Below, one piece after another: positions 1 through 13,600 of a stretch of 64,000 nucleotides of DNA. The position numbers and the translations under genes are program-made. The stretch lies in assembly GCF_009914755.1 (NCBI RefSeq), contig NC_060935.1; one strand, 5' to 3'. The first letter of the stretch is position 1, and each line of letters begins with the position of its first letter. The notes beneath the pieces are model-generated. The model had not been told where the DNA came from and did no database searches. It saw only the letters and a program-made list of their open reading frames with translations. The DNA is from the human T2T-CHM13v2.0 reference genome, Homo sapiens.

Positions 1-83
1 CTCAGAAACTGCTTTGTGATGTTTGTGTTCCACTTCAGGAATTGAACTTTCCTCTTGACAGAGCAGCTCTGAAACCCTCTTTT

Positions 84-89
84 TCTAGA
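84..89. other. XbaI site TCTAGA, once per HOR (first instance)
   Basis: ttttctagaa at 81-90 recurs every ~850 bp. It is lost at 56152 and 63802. Confidence 0.95.
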
Positions 90-121
90 ATCTGCAAGTG
101 GACATTTGGAGGGCTTTGAGT

Positions 122-140
122 CCTGTGGTGGAAAAGGAAA
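122..140 (+). promoter_or_regulatory. A-type (pJalpha-like) box position in monomer 1; a more diverged one lies in monomer 2 (~293-310)
   Basis: cctgtggtggaaaaggaaa sits where B monomers carry the CENP-B box and resembles the A-monomer pJalpha motif. Binding cannot be shown from sequence. Confidence 0.6.
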
Positions 141-463
141 ATCTTCACATAAAAACTAGATGGAAGCATTCTCAGAAACTACTTTGTGATGATTGCATTC
201 GACTCACAGAGTTGAACATTCCTATAGATAGAGCAGGTTGTAAACAATCTTTTTGTAGAATCTGCGATTGGAGATTTGGACTGCTTTGAGGCCTACTGTA
301 GTAAAGGAAATAACTTCATCTAAAAACCAAACGGAAGCATTCACAGCCAATTCTTAGAGATCATTGGATTGAACTAACAGAGCTGAACATTCCTTTAGAT
401 GGAGCAGTTTCCAAACACACTTTCTGTAGAATCTGCAAGTGGATATTTGGACCTCTCTGAGGA

Positions 464-480
464 TTTCGTTGGAAACGGGA
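464..480 (+). promoter_or_regulatory. CENP-B box, monomer 3 (first instance; repeated in each HOR)
   Basis: tttcgttggaaacggga matches the 17-bp box with an intact TTCG....A..CGGG core. Confidence 0.96.
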
Positions 481-630
481 TAAAATTCCCAGAACTACAC
501 AGAAGCATTCTGAGAAACTTCTTTGTGATGTTTGCATTCAACTCACAGAGTTGAACCTTGCTTTCATAGTTCAGCTTTCAAACACTCTTTTTGTAGAATC
601 TGCAAGTGGATATTTGGACCACTTTGTGGC

Positions 631-647
631 CTTCCTTCGAAACGGGT
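631..647 (+). promoter_or_regulatory. Degenerate CENP-B box, monomer 4 (probably non-binding)
   Basis: cttccttcgaaacgggt has TTCC in place of the essential TTCG. This change is present in every HOR I inspected. Confidence 0.8.
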
Positions 648-801
648 ATATCTTCACATCAAACCTAGACAGAAGCATTCTCAGAATGTTTCCTGTGATG
701 ACTGCATTCAACTCACAGAGGTGAACAATCCTGCTGATGGAGCAGTTTTGAAACTCTCTTTCTTTGGATTCTGCAAGTGGATATGTGGACCTCTGTGAAG
801 A

Positions 802-818
802 TTTCGTTGGAAACGGGT
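802..818 (+). promoter_or_regulatory. CENP-B box, monomer 5 (first instance; repeated in each HOR)
   Basis: tttcgttggaaacgggt has an intact core. Intact boxes alternate at 338- and 512-bp spacing. Confidence 0.94.
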
Positions 819-1122
819 TCATCTTCACAGAAAAACTAAACAGGAGCATTCTCAGAAACTGCTTTGTGATGTTTGTGTTCCACTTCAAGAATTGAACTTT
901 CCTCTTGACAGAGCAGCTCTGAAACCCTCTTTTTCTAGAATCTGCAAGTGGACATTAGGAGGGCTTTGAGGCCTGTGGTGGAAAAGGAAAATCTTCACAT
1001 AAAAACTAGATGGAAGCATTCTCAGAAACTACTTTGTGATGATTGCATTCGACTCACAGAGTTGAACATTCCTATAGATAGAGCAGGTTGTAAACAATCT
1101 TTTTGTAGAATCTGCGATTGGA

Positions 1123-4100
1123 CATTTGGAATGATTTGAGGCCTACTGTAGTAAAGGAAATAACTTCATCTAAAAACCAAACGGAAGAATTCACAGACAA
1201 TTTTTAGTGATCATTTGATTGAACAAACCGAGCTGAACATTCCTTTAGATGGAGCAGTTTCCAAACACACTTTCTGTAGAATCTGCAAGTGGACATTTGG
1301 ACCTCTCTGAGGGTTTCGTTGGAAACGGGATAAACTTCCCAGAACTACACGGAAGCATTCTGAGAAAATTCTTTGTGATGTTTGCATTCAACTCACAGAG
1401 TTGAACCTTGCTTTCACTAATTCAGCTTTCAAACACTCTTTTTGTAGAATCTGCAAGTGGATATTTGGACCACTTTTTGGCCTTCCTTCGAAACGGGTAT
1501 ATCTTCACATCAAACCTAGACAGAAGCATTCTCAGAATGTTTCCTGTGATGACTGCATTCAACTCACAGAGGTGAACAATCCTGTTGATGGAGCAGTTTT
1601 GAAACTCTCTTTCTTTGGATTCTGCAAGTGGATATGTGGACCTCTGTGAAGATTTCGTTGGAAACGGGTTCATCTTCACAGAAAAACTAAACAGGAGCAT
1701 TCTCAGAAACTGCTTTGTGATGTTTGTGTTCCACTTCAAGAATTGAACTTTCCTCTTGACAGAGTAGCTCTGAAACCCTCTTTTTCTAGAATCTGCAAGT
1801 GGACATTTGGAGGGCTTTGAGGCCTGTGGTGGAAAAGGAAAATCCTCACATAAAAACTAGATGGAAGCATTCTCAGAAACTACTTTGTGATGATTGCATT
1901 CGACTCACAGAGTTGAACATTCCTATAGATAGAGCAGGTTGTAAACAATCTTTTTGTAGAATCTGCGATTGGAGATTTGGACTGCTTTGAGGCCTACTGT
2001 AGTAAAGGAAATAACTTCATCTAAAAACCAAACGGAAGCATTCACAGACAATTCTTAGTGATCATTGGATTGAACTAACAGAGCTGAACATTCCTTTAGA
2101 TGGAGCAGTTTCCAAACACACTTTCTGTAGAATCTGCAAGTGGACATTTGGACCTCTCTGAGGGTTTCGTTGGAAACGGGATAAACTTCCCAGAACTACA
2201 CGGAAGCATTGTGAGAAACTTCTTTGTGATGTTTGCATTCAACTCACAGAGTTGAACCTTGCTTTCATAGTTCAGCTTTCAAACACTCTTTTTGTAGAAT
2301 CTGCAAGTGGATATTTGGACCACTTTGTGGCCTTCCTTCGAAACGGGTATATCTTCACATCAAACCTAGACAGAAGCATTCTCAGAATGTCTCCTGTGAT
2401 GACTGCATTCAACTCACAGAGGTGAACAATCCTGCTGATGGAGCAGTTTTGAAACTCTCTTTCCTTGGATTCTGCAAGTGGATATGTGGACCTCTGTGAA
2501 GATTTCGTTGGAAACGGGTTCATCTTCACAGAAAAACTAAACAGACGCATTCTCAGAAACTGCTTTGTGATGTTTGTGTTCCACTTCAGGAATTGAACTT
2601 TCCTCTTGACAGAGCAGCTCTGAAACCCTCTTTTTCTAGAGTCTGCATGTGGACATTTGGAGGGCTTTGAGTCCTGTGGTGGAAAAGGAAAATCTTCACA
2701 TAAAAACTAGATGGAAGCATTCTCAGAAACTACTTTGTGATGATTGCATTCGACTCACAGAGTTGAACATTCCTATAGATAGAGCAGGTTGTAAAGAATC
2801 TGTTTGTAGAATCTGCGATTGGAGATTTGCACTGCTTTGAGGCCTACTGTAGTAAAGGAAATAACTTCATCTAAAAACCAAACGGAAGCATTCACAGACA
2901 ATTCTTAGTGATCATTGGATTGAACTAACAGAGCTGAACATGCCTTTAGATGGAGCAGTTTCCAAACACACTTTCTGTAGAATCTGCAAGTGGATATTTG
3001 GACCTCTCTGAGGATTTCGTTGGAAACGGGCTAAACTTCCCAGAACTACACGGAAGCATTCTGAGAAACTTCTTCGTGATGTTTGCATTCAACTCACAGA
3101 GTTGAACCTTGCTTTCATAGTTCAGCTTTCAAACCCTCTTTTTGTAGAATCTGCAATTGGATATTTGGACCACTTTGTGGCCTTCCTTCGAAACGGGTAT
3201 ATCTTCACATCAAACCTAGACAGAAGCATTCTCAGAATGTTTCCTGTGATGACTGCATTCAACTCACAGAGGTGAACAATCCTGTTGATGGAGCAGTTTT
3301 GAAACTCTCTTTCTTTGGATTCTGCAAGTGGATATGTGGACCTCTGTGAAGATTTCGTTGGAAACGGGTTCATCTTCACAGAAAAACTAAACAGGAGCAT
3401 TCTCAGAAACTGCTTTGTGATGTTTGTGTTCCACGTCAGGAATTGAACTTTCCTCTTGACAGAGCAGCTCTGAAACCCTCTTTTTCTAGAATCTGCAAGT
3501 GGACATTTGGAGGGCTTTGAGTCCTGTGGTGGAAAAGGAAAATCTTCACATAAAAACTAGATGGAAGCATTCTCAGAAACTACTTTGTGATGATTGCATT
3601 CGACTCACAGAGTTGAACATTCCTATAGATAGAGCAGGTTGTAAACAATCTTTTTTTAGAATCTGCGATTGGAGATTTGGACTGCTTTGAGGCCTACTGT
3701 AGTAAAGGAAATAACTTCATCTAAAAACCAAACGGAAGCATTCACAGCCAATTCTTAGAGATCATTGGATTGAACTAACAGAGCTGAACATTCCTTTAGA
3801 TGGAGCAGTTTCCAAACACACTTTCTGTAGAATCTGCAAGTGGATATTTGGACCTCTCTGAGGATTTCGTTGGAAACGGGATAAACTTCCCAGAACTATA
3901 CGGAAGCATTCTGAGAAACTTCTTTGTGATGTTTGCATTCAACTCACAGAGTTGAACCTTGCTTTCATAGTTCAGCTTTCAAACACTCTTTTTGTAGAAT
4001 CTGCAAGTGGATATTTGGACCACTTTGTGGCCTTCCTTCGAAACGGGTATATCTTCACATCAAACCTAGACAGAAGCATTCTCAGAATGTTTCCTGTGAT

Positions 4101-7100
4101 GACTGCATTCAACTCACAGAGGTGAACAATCCTGCTGATGGAGCAGTTTTGAAACTCTCTTTCTTTGGATTCTGCAAGTGGATATGTGGACCTCTGTGAA
4201 GATTTCGTTGGAAACGGGTTCATCTTCACAGAAAACCTAAACAGGAGCATTCTCAGAAACTGCTTTGTGATGTTTGTGTTCCACTTCAGGAATTGAACTT
4301 TCCTCTTGACAGAGCAGCTCTGAAACCCTCTTTTTCTAGAATCTGCAAGTGGACATTTGGAGGGCTTTGAGTCCTGTGGTGGAAAAGGAAAATCTTCACA
4401 TAAAAACTAGATGGAAGCATTCTCAGAAACTACTTTGTGATGATTGCATTCGACTCACAGAGTTGAACATTCCTATAGATAGAGCAGGTTGTAAACAATC
4501 TTTTTGTAGAATCTGCGATTGGAGATTTGGACTGCTTTGAGGCCTACTGTAGTAAAGGAAATAACTTCATCTAAAAACCAAACGGAAGCATTCACAGCCA
4601 ATTCTTAGAGATCATTGGATTGAACTAACAGAGCTGAACATTCCTTTAGATGGAGCAGTTTCCAAACACACTTTCTGTAGAATCTGCAAGTGGATATTTG
4701 GACCTCTCTGAGGATTTCGTTGGAAACGGGATAAAATTCCCAGAACTACACAGAAGCATTCTGAGAAACTTCTTTGTGATGTTTGCATTCAACTCACAGA
4801 GTTGAACCTTGCTTTCATAGTTCAGCTTTCAAACACTCTTTTTGTAGAATCTGCAAGTGGATATTTGGACCACTTTGTGGCCTTCCTTCGAAACGGGTAT
4901 ATCTTCACATCAAACCTAGACAGAAGCATTCTCAGAATGTTTCCTGTGATGACTGCATTCAACTCACAGAGGTGAACAATCCTGCTGATGGAGCAGTTTT
5001 GAAACTCTCTTTCTTTGGATTCTGCAAGTGGATATGTGGACCTCTGTGAAGATTTCGTTGGAAACGGGTTCATCTTCACAGAAAAACTAAACAGGAGCAT
5101 TCTCAGAAACTGCTTTGTGATGTTTGTGTTCCACTTCAAGAATTGAACTTTCCTCTTGACAGAGCAGCTCTGAAACCCTCTTTTTCTAGAATCTGCAAGT
5201 GGACATTAGGAGGGCTTTGAGGCCTGTGGTGGAAAAGGAAAATCTTCACATAAAAACTAGATGGAAGCATTCTCAGAAACTACTTTGTGATGATTGCATT
5301 CGACTCACAGAGTTGAACATTCCTATAGATAGAGCAGGTTGTAAACAATCTTTTTGTAGAATCTGCGATTGCAGGTTTGGACTGCTTTGAGGCCTACTGT
5401 AGTAAAGGAAATAACTTCATCTAAAAACCAAACGGAAGCATTCACAGACAATTCTTAGTGATCATTGGATTGAACTAACAGAGCTGAACATTCCTTTAGA
5501 TGGCGCAGATTCCAAACACACTTTCTTTAGAATCTGCAAGTGGATATTTGGACCTCTCTGAGGATTTCGTTGGAAACGGGATAAACTTCCCAGAACTACA
5601 CGGAAGCATTCTGAGAAACTTCTTTGTGATGTTTGCATTCAACTCACAGAGTTGAACCTTGCTTTCATAGTTCAGCTTTCAAATACTCTTTTTGTAGAAC
5701 CTGCAAGTGGATATTTGGACCACTTTGTGGCCTTCCTTCGAAACGGGTATATCTTCACATCAAACCTAGACAGAAGCATTCCCAGAATGTTTCCTCTGAT
5801 GACTGCATTCAACCCACAGAGGTGAACAATCCTGCTGATGGAGCAGTTTTGAAACTCTCTTTCTTTGGATTCTGCAAGTGGATATGTGGACCTCTGTGAA
5901 GATTTCGTTGGAAACGGGTTCATCTTCACAGAAAAACTAAACAGGAGCATTCCCAGAAACTGCTTTGTGATGTTTGTGTTCCACTTCAAGAATTGAACTT
6001 TCCTCTTGACAGAGCAGCTCTGAAACCCTCTTTTTCTAGAATCTGCAAGTGGACATTTGGAGGGCTTTGAGGCCTGTGGTGGAAAAGGAAAATCTTCACA
6101 TGAAAACTAGATGGAAGCATTCTCAGAAACTACTTTGTGATGATTGCATTCGACTCACAGAGTTGAACATTCCTATAGATAGAGCATGTTGTAAACAATC
6201 TTTTTGTAGAATCTGCGATTGGAGATGTGGACTGCTTTGAGGCCTACTGTAGTAAAGGAAATAACTTCATTTAAAAACCAAACGGAAGCATTCACAGACA
6301 ATTCTTAGTGATCATTGGATTGAACTAACAGAGCTGAACATTCCTTTAGATGGCGCAGATTCCAAACACACTTTCTGTAGAATCTGCAAGTGGATATTTG
6401 GACCTCTGTGAGGATTTCGTTGGAAACGGGATAAACTTCCCAGAACTACACGGAAGCATTCTGAGAATCTTCTTTGTGATGTTTGCATTCAACTCAGAGA
6501 GTTGAACCTTGCTTTCATAGTTCAGCTTTCAAACACTCTTTTTGTAGAATCTGCAAGTGGATATTTGGACCACTTTGTGGCCTTCCTTCGAAACGGGTAT
6601 ATCTTCACATCAAACCTACACAGAAGCATTCTCAGAATGTTTCCTGTGATGACTGCATTCAACTGACAGAGGTGAACAATCCTGTTGATGGAGCAGTTTT
6701 GAAACTCTCTTCCTTTGGATTCTGCAAGTGGATATGTGGACCTCTGTGAAGATTTCGTTGGAAACGGGTTCATCTTCACAGAAAAACTAAACAGGAGCAT
6801 TCTCCGAAACTTCTTTGTGATGTTTGTGTTCCACTTTAGGAATTGAACTTTCCTCTTGACAGAGCAGCTCTGAAACCCTCTTTTTCTAGAATCTGCAAGT
6901 GGACATTTGGAGGGCTTTGAGGCCTGTGGTGGAAAAGGAAAATCTTCACATAAAAACTAGATGGAAGCATTCTCAGTAACTACTTTGTGATGATTGCATT
7001 CGACTCACAGAGTTGAACATTCCTATAGATAGAGCAGGTTGTAAACAATCTTTTTGTAGAATCTGCGATTGGAGATTTGGACTGCTTTGAGGCCTACTGT

Positions 7101-7690
7101 AGTAAAGGAAATAACTTCATCTAAAAACCAAACGGAAGCATTCACAGACAATTCTTAGTGATCTTTGGATTGAACTAACAGAGCTGAACATTCCTTTAGT
7201 TGGCGCAGTTTCCAAACTCACTTTCTGTAGAATATGCAAGTGGATATTTGGACCTCTCTGAGGATTTCGTTGGAAACTGGATAACCTTCCCAGAACTACA
7301 CGGAAGCATTCTGAGAAACTTCTTTGTGATGTTTGCATTCAACTCACAGAGTTGAACCTTGCTTTCATAGTTCAGCTTTCAAACCCTCTTTTTGTAGAAT
7401 CTGCAAGTGGATATTTGGACCACTTTGTGGCCTTCCTTCGAAACGGGTATATCTTCACATCAAACCTAGACAGAAGCATTCTCAGAATGTTTCCTGTGAT
7501 GACTGCATTCAACTCACAGAGGTGAACAATAATGTTGATGGAGCAGTTTTGAAAATCTCTTTCTTTGGATTCTGCAAGTGGATATGTGGACCTCTGTGAA
7601 GATTTCGTTGGAAACGGGTTCATCTTCACAGAAAAACTAAACAGAAGCATTCTCAGAAACTGCTTTGTGATGTTTGTGTTCCACTTCAAG
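1123..7690 (+). repeat. Copy 1 of a multi-HOR duplication (HORs 2-9); copy 2 is at ~17273-22990
   Basis: Ordered private variants are shared at offset 16150, then 15300: ctttcactaa 1411/17561, aatcctcaca 1841/17991, acagacgcat 2541/18691, tttttttaga 3651/19801, gcaggtttgg 5371/21521, tctcagtaac 6971/22271, aatgttgatg 7531/22831. Confidence 0.9.
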
Positions 7691-10600
7691 AATTGAACTT
7701 TCCTCTTGACAGAGCAGCTCTGAAACCCTCTTTTTCTAGAATCTGCAAGTGGACATTTGGAGGGCTTTGAGTCCTGTGGTGGAAAAGGAAAATCTTCACA
7801 TAAAAACTAGATGGAAGCATTCTGAGAAACTACTTTGTGATGATTGCATTCGACTCACAGAGTTGAACATTCCTATAGATAGAGCAGGTTGTAAACAATC
7901 TTTTTGTAGAATCTGCGATTGGAGATTTGGACTGCTTTGAGGCCTACTGTAGTAAAGGAAATAACTTCATCTAAAAACCAAACGGAAGCATTCACAGACA
8001 ATTCTTAGTGATCATTGGATTGAACTAACAGAGCTGAACATTCCTTTAGATGGAGCAGTTTCCAAACACACTTTCTGTAGAATCTGCAAGTGGATATTTG
8101 GACCTCTCTGAGGATTTCGTTGGAAACGGGATAAACTTCCCAGAACTACACGGAAGCATTCTGAGAAACTTCTTTGTGATGTTTGCATTCAACTCACAGA
8201 GTTGAACCTTGCTTTCATAGTTCAGCTTTCAAACACTCTTTTTGTAGAATCTGCAAGTGGATATTTGGACCACTTTGTGGCCTTCCTTCGAAACGGGTAT
8301 ATCTTCACATCAAACCTAGACAGAAGCATTCTCAGAATGTTTCCTGTGATGACTGCATTCAACTCACAGAGGTGAACAATCCTGCTGATGGAGCAGTTTT
8401 GAAACTCTCTTTCTTTGGATTCTGCAAGTGGATATGTGGACCTCTGTGAAGATTTCGTTGGAAACGGGTTCATCTTCACAGAAAAACTAAACAGGAGCAT
8501 TCTCAGAAACTGCTTTGTGATGTTTGTGTTCCACTTCAGGAATTGAACTTTCCTCTTGACAGTGCAGCTCTGAAACCCTCTTTTTCTAGAATCTGCAAGT
8601 GGACATTTGGAGGGCTTTGAGGCCTGTGGTGGAAAAGGAAAATCTTCACATAAAAACTAGATGGAAGCATTCTCAGAAACTACTTTGTGATGATTGCATT
8701 CGACTCACAGAGTTGAACATTCCTATAGATAGAGCAGGTTGTAAACAATCTTTTTGTAGAATCTGCGATTGGAGATTTGGACTGCTTTGAGGCCTACTGT
8801 AGTAAAGGAAATAACTTCATCTAAAAACCAAACGGAAGCATTCACAGACAATTCTTAGTGATCATTGGATTGAACTAACAGAGCTGAACATTCCTTTAGA
8901 TGGAGCAGTTTCCAAACACACTTTCTGTAGAATCTGCAAGGGGATATTTGGACCTCTCTGAGGATTTCGTTGGAAACGGGATAAACTTCCCAGAACTACA
9001 CGGAAGCATTCTGAGAAACTTCTTTGTGATATTTGCATTCAACTCACAGAGTTGAACCTTGCTTTCATAGTTCAGCTTTCAAACACTCTTTTTGTAGAAT
9101 CTGCAAGTGGATATTTGGACCACTTTGTGGCCTTCCTTCGATACGGGAATATCTTCACATCAAACCTAGACAGAAGCATTCTCAGAATGTTTCCTGTGAT
9201 GACTGCATTCAACTCACAGATGTGAACAATCCTGCTGATGGAGCAGTTTTGAAACTCTCTTTCTTTGGATTCTGCAAGTGGATATGTGGACCTCTGTGAA
9301 GATTTCGTTGGAAACGGGTTCATCTTCACAGAAAAACTAAACAGGAGCATTCTCAGAAACTGCTTTGTGATGTTTGTGTTCCACTTCAGGAATTGAACTT
9401 TCCTCTTGACAGAGCAGCTCTGAAACCCTCTTTTTCTAGAATCTGCAAGTGGACATTTGGAGGGCTTTGAGGCCTGTGGTGGAAAAGGAAAATCTTCACA
9501 TAAAAACTAGATGGAAGCATTCTCAGAAACTACTTTGTGATGATTGCATTCGACTCACAGAGTTGAACATTCCTATAGATAGAGCAGGTTGTAAACAATC
9601 TTTTTGTAGAATCTGCGATTGGAGATTTGGACTGCTTTGAGGCCTACTGTAGTAAAGGAAATAACTTCATCTAAAAACCAAACGGAAGCATTCACAGACA
9701 ATTCTTAGTGATCATTGGATTGAACTAACAGAGCTGAACATTCCTTTAGATGGCGCAGTTTCCAAACACACTTTCTGTAGAATCTGCCACTGGATATTTG
9801 GACCTCTCTGAGGATTTCGTTGGAAATGGAATAAACATCCCAGAACTACACGGAAGCATTCTGAGAAACTTCTTTGTGATGTTTGCATTCAACTCACAGA
9901 GTTGAACCTTGCTTTCATAGTTCAGCTTTCAAACACTCTTTTTGTAGAATCTGCAAGTGGATATTTGGACCACTTTGTGGCCTTCCTTCGAAACGGGTAT
10001 ATCTTCACATCAAACCTAGACAGAAGCATTCTCCGAATGTTTCCTGTGATGACTGCATTCAACTCACAGAGGTGAACAATCCTGCTGATGGAGCAGTTTT
10101 GAAACTCTCTTTCTTTGGATTCTGCAAGTGGATATGTGGACCTCTGTGAAGATTTCGTTGGAAACGGGTTCATCTTCACAGAAAAACTAAACAGGAGCAT
10201 TCTCAGAAACTGCTTTGTGATGTTTGTGTTCCACTTCAGGAATTGAACTTTCCTCTTGACAGAGCAGCTCTGAAACCCTCTTTTTCTAGAATCTGAAAGT
10301 GGACATTTGGAGGGCTTTGAGGCCTGTGGTGGAAAAGGAAAATCTTCACATAAAAACTAGATGGAAGCATTCTGAGAAACTACTTTGTGATGATTGCATT
10401 CGACTCACAGAGTTGAACGTTCCTATAGATAGAGCAGGTTGTAAACAATCTTTTTGTAGAATATGCGATTGGAGATTTGGACTGCTTTGAGGCCTACTGT
10501 AGTAAAGGAAATAACTTCATCTAAAAACCAAACGGAAGCATTCACAGACAATTCTTAGTGATCATTGGATTGAACTAACAGAGCTGAACATTCCTTTAGA

Positions 10601-13600
10601 TGGAGCAGTTTCCAAACACACTTTCTGTAGAATCTGCAAGTGGATATTTGGACCTCTCTGAGGATTTCGTTGGAAACGGGATAAACTTCCCAGAACTACA
10701 CGGAAGCATTCTGAGAAACTTCTTTGTGATGTTTGCATTCAACTCACAGAGTTGAACCTTGCTTTCATAGTTCAGCTTTCAAACACTCTTTTTGTAGAAT
10801 CTGCAAGTGGATATTTGGACCACTTTGTGGCCTTCCTTCGAAACGGGTATATCTTCACATCAAACCTAGACAGAAGCATTCTCAGAATGTTTCCTGTGAT
10901 GACTGCATTCAACTCACAGAGGTGAACAATCCTGCTGATGGAGCAGTTTTGAAACTCTCTTTCCTTGGATTCTGCAAGTGGATATGTGGACCTCTGTGAA
11001 GATTTCGTTGGAAACGGGTTCATCTTCACAGAAAAACTAAACAGAAGCATTCTCAGAAACTGCTTTGTGATGTTTGTGTTCCACTTCAGGAATTGAACTT
11101 TCCTCTTGACAGAGCAGCTCTGAAACCCTCTTTTTCTAGAGTCTGCAAGTGGACATTTGGAGGGCTTTGAGGCCTGTGGTGGAAAAGGAAAATCTTCACA
11201 TAAAAATTAGATGGAAGCATTCTCAGAAACTACTTTGTGATGATTGCATTCGACTCACAGAGTTGAACATTCCTATAGATAGAGCAGGTTGTAAAGAATC
11301 TGTTTGTAGAATCTGCGATTGGAGATTTGGACTGCTTTGAGGTCTACTGTAGTAAAGGAAATAACTTCATCTAAAAACCAAACGGAAGCATTCACAGACA
11401 ATTCTTAGTGATCATTGGATTGAACTAACAGAGCTGAACATTCCTTTAGATGGAGCAGTTTCCAAACACACTTTCTGTAGAATCTGCAAGGGGATATTTG
11501 GACCTCTCTGAGGATTTCGTTGGAAACGGGATAAACTTCCCAGAACTACACGGAAGCATTCTGAGAAACTTCTTTGTGATATTTGCATTCAACTCACAGA
11601 GTTGAACCTTGCTTTCATAGTTCAGCTTTCAAACACTCTTTTTGTAGAATCTGCAAGTGGATATTTGGACCACTTTGTGGCCTTCCTTCGAAACGGGTAT
11701 ATCTTCACATCAAACCTAGACAGAAGCATTCTCAGAATGTTTCCTGTGATGACTGCATTCAACTCACAGAGGTGAACAATCCTGCTGATGGAGCAGTTTT
11801 GAAACTCTCTTTCTTTGGATTCTGCAAGTGGATATGTGGACCTCTGTGAAGATTTCGTTGGAAACGGGTTCATCTTCACAGAAAAACTAAACAGGAGCAT
11901 TCTCAGAAACTGCTTTGTGATGTTTGTGTTCCACTTCAGGAATTGAACTTTCCTCTTGACAGAGCAGCTCTGAAACCCTCTTTTTCTAGAATCTGCAAGT
12001 GGACATTTGGAGGGCTTTGAGTCCTGTGGTGGAAAAGGAAAATCTTCACATAAAAACTAGATGGAAGCATTCTCACAAACTACTTTGTGATGATTGCATT
12101 CGACTCACAGAGTTGAACATTCCTATAGATAGAGCAGGTTGTAAACAATCTTTTTGTAGAATCTGCGATTGGAGATTTGGACTGCTTTGAGGCCTACTGT
12201 AGTAAAGGAAATAACTTCATCTAAAAACCAAACGGAAGCATTCACAGACAATTCTTAGTGATCATTGGATTGAACTAACAGAGCTGAACATTCCTTTAGA
12301 TGGCGCAGTTTCCAAACACACTTTCTGTAGAATCTGCCACTGGATATTTGGACCTCTCTGAGGATTTCGTTGGAAATGGGATAAACATCCCAGAACTACA
12401 CGGAAGCATTCTGAGAAACTTCTTTGTGATGTTTCCATTCAACTCACAGAGTTGAACCTTGCTTTCATAGTTCAGCTTTCAAACACTCTTTTTGTAGAAT
12501 CTGCAAGTGGATATTTGGACCACTTTGTGGCCTTCCTTCGAAACGGGTATATCTTCACATCAAACCTAGACAGAAGCATTCTCAGAATGTTTCCTGTGAT
12601 GACTGCATTCAACTCACAGAGGTGAACAATCCTGCTGATGGAGCAGTTTTGAAACTCTCTTTCTTTGGATTCTGCAAGTGGATATGTGGACCTCTGTGAA
12701 GATTTCGTTGGAAACGGGTTCATCTTCACAGAAAAACTAAACAGGAGCATTCTCAGAAACTGCTTTGTGATGTTTGTGTTCCACTTCAGGAATTGAACTT
12801 TCCTCTTGACAGAGCAGCTCTGAAACCCTCTTTTTCTAGAATCTGCAAGTGGACATTTGGAGGGCTTTGAGGCCTGTGGTGGAAAAGGAAAATCTTCACA
12901 TAAAAACTAGATGGAAGCATTCTGAGAAACTACTTTGTGATGATTGCATTCGACTCACAGAGTTGAACGTTCCTATAGAGAGAGCAGGTTGTAAACAATC
13001 TTTTTGTAGAATCTGCGATTGGAGATTTGGACTGTTTTGAGGCCTACTGTAGTAAAGGAAATAACTTCATCTAAAAACCAAACGGAAGCATTCACAGACA
13101 ATTCTTAGTGATCATTGGATTGAACTAACAGAGCTGAACATTCCTTTAGATGGAGCAGTTTCCAAACACACTTTCTGTAGAATCTGCAAGTGGATATTTG
13201 GACCTCTCTGAGGATTTCGTTGGAAACGGGATAAACTTCCCAGAACTACACGGAAGCATTCTGAGAAACTTTTTGTGATGTTTGCTTTCAACTCACAGAG
13301 TTGAACCTTGCTTTCATAGTTCAGCTTTCAAACACTCTTTTTGTAGAATCTGCAAGTGGATATTTGGACCACTTTTTGGCCTTCCTTCGAAACGGGTATA
13401 TCTTCACATCAAACCTAGACAGACGCATTCTCTGAATGTTTCCTGTGATGGCTGCATTCAACTCACAGAGGTGAACAATCCTGTTGATGGAGCAGTTTTG
13501 AAACTCTCTTTCTTTAGATTCTGCATGTGGATATGTGGACCTCTGTGAAGATTTCGTTGGAAACGGGTTCATCTTCACAGAAAAACTAAACAGGAGCATT

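Larger units (their letters stand above)
1..850 (+). repeat. Representative HOR unit. Monomers at 1-170, 171-341, 342-509, 510-679 and 680-850 (two A-type followed by three B-type)
   Basis: Monomer starts ctcagaaact (1, 171), cacagccaatt (342), ctgagaaact (510), ctcagaatgt (680); the next HOR starts at 851. The box position is ...aaaggaaa (A-type) in monomers 1-2 and ...aaacggg (B-type) in monomers 3-5. Confidence 0.92.

Noticed and set aside
59-71. Short dyad cagagc-a-gctctg (and ctatag at ~222) as a cruciform or terminator
   Set aside because: The arms are only 6 bp or shorter. Such dyads are an ordinary feature of alpha-satellite and there is no evidence of function here.
636-647. ttcgaaacggg in monomer 4 as a third functional CENP-B box
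   Set aside because: The TTCG is only 3 bp from CGGG instead of the required 7, and the canonical position reads TTCC.
1-850. Other SF3 arrays (DXZ1 12-mer, D17Z1 16-mer, D1Z5 11-mer) as the source
   Set aside because: The near-identical period is five monomers (850 bp), not 1.9-2.7 kb. The 2.55-kb and 3.4-kb periods here are local and differ only by scattered SNVs.
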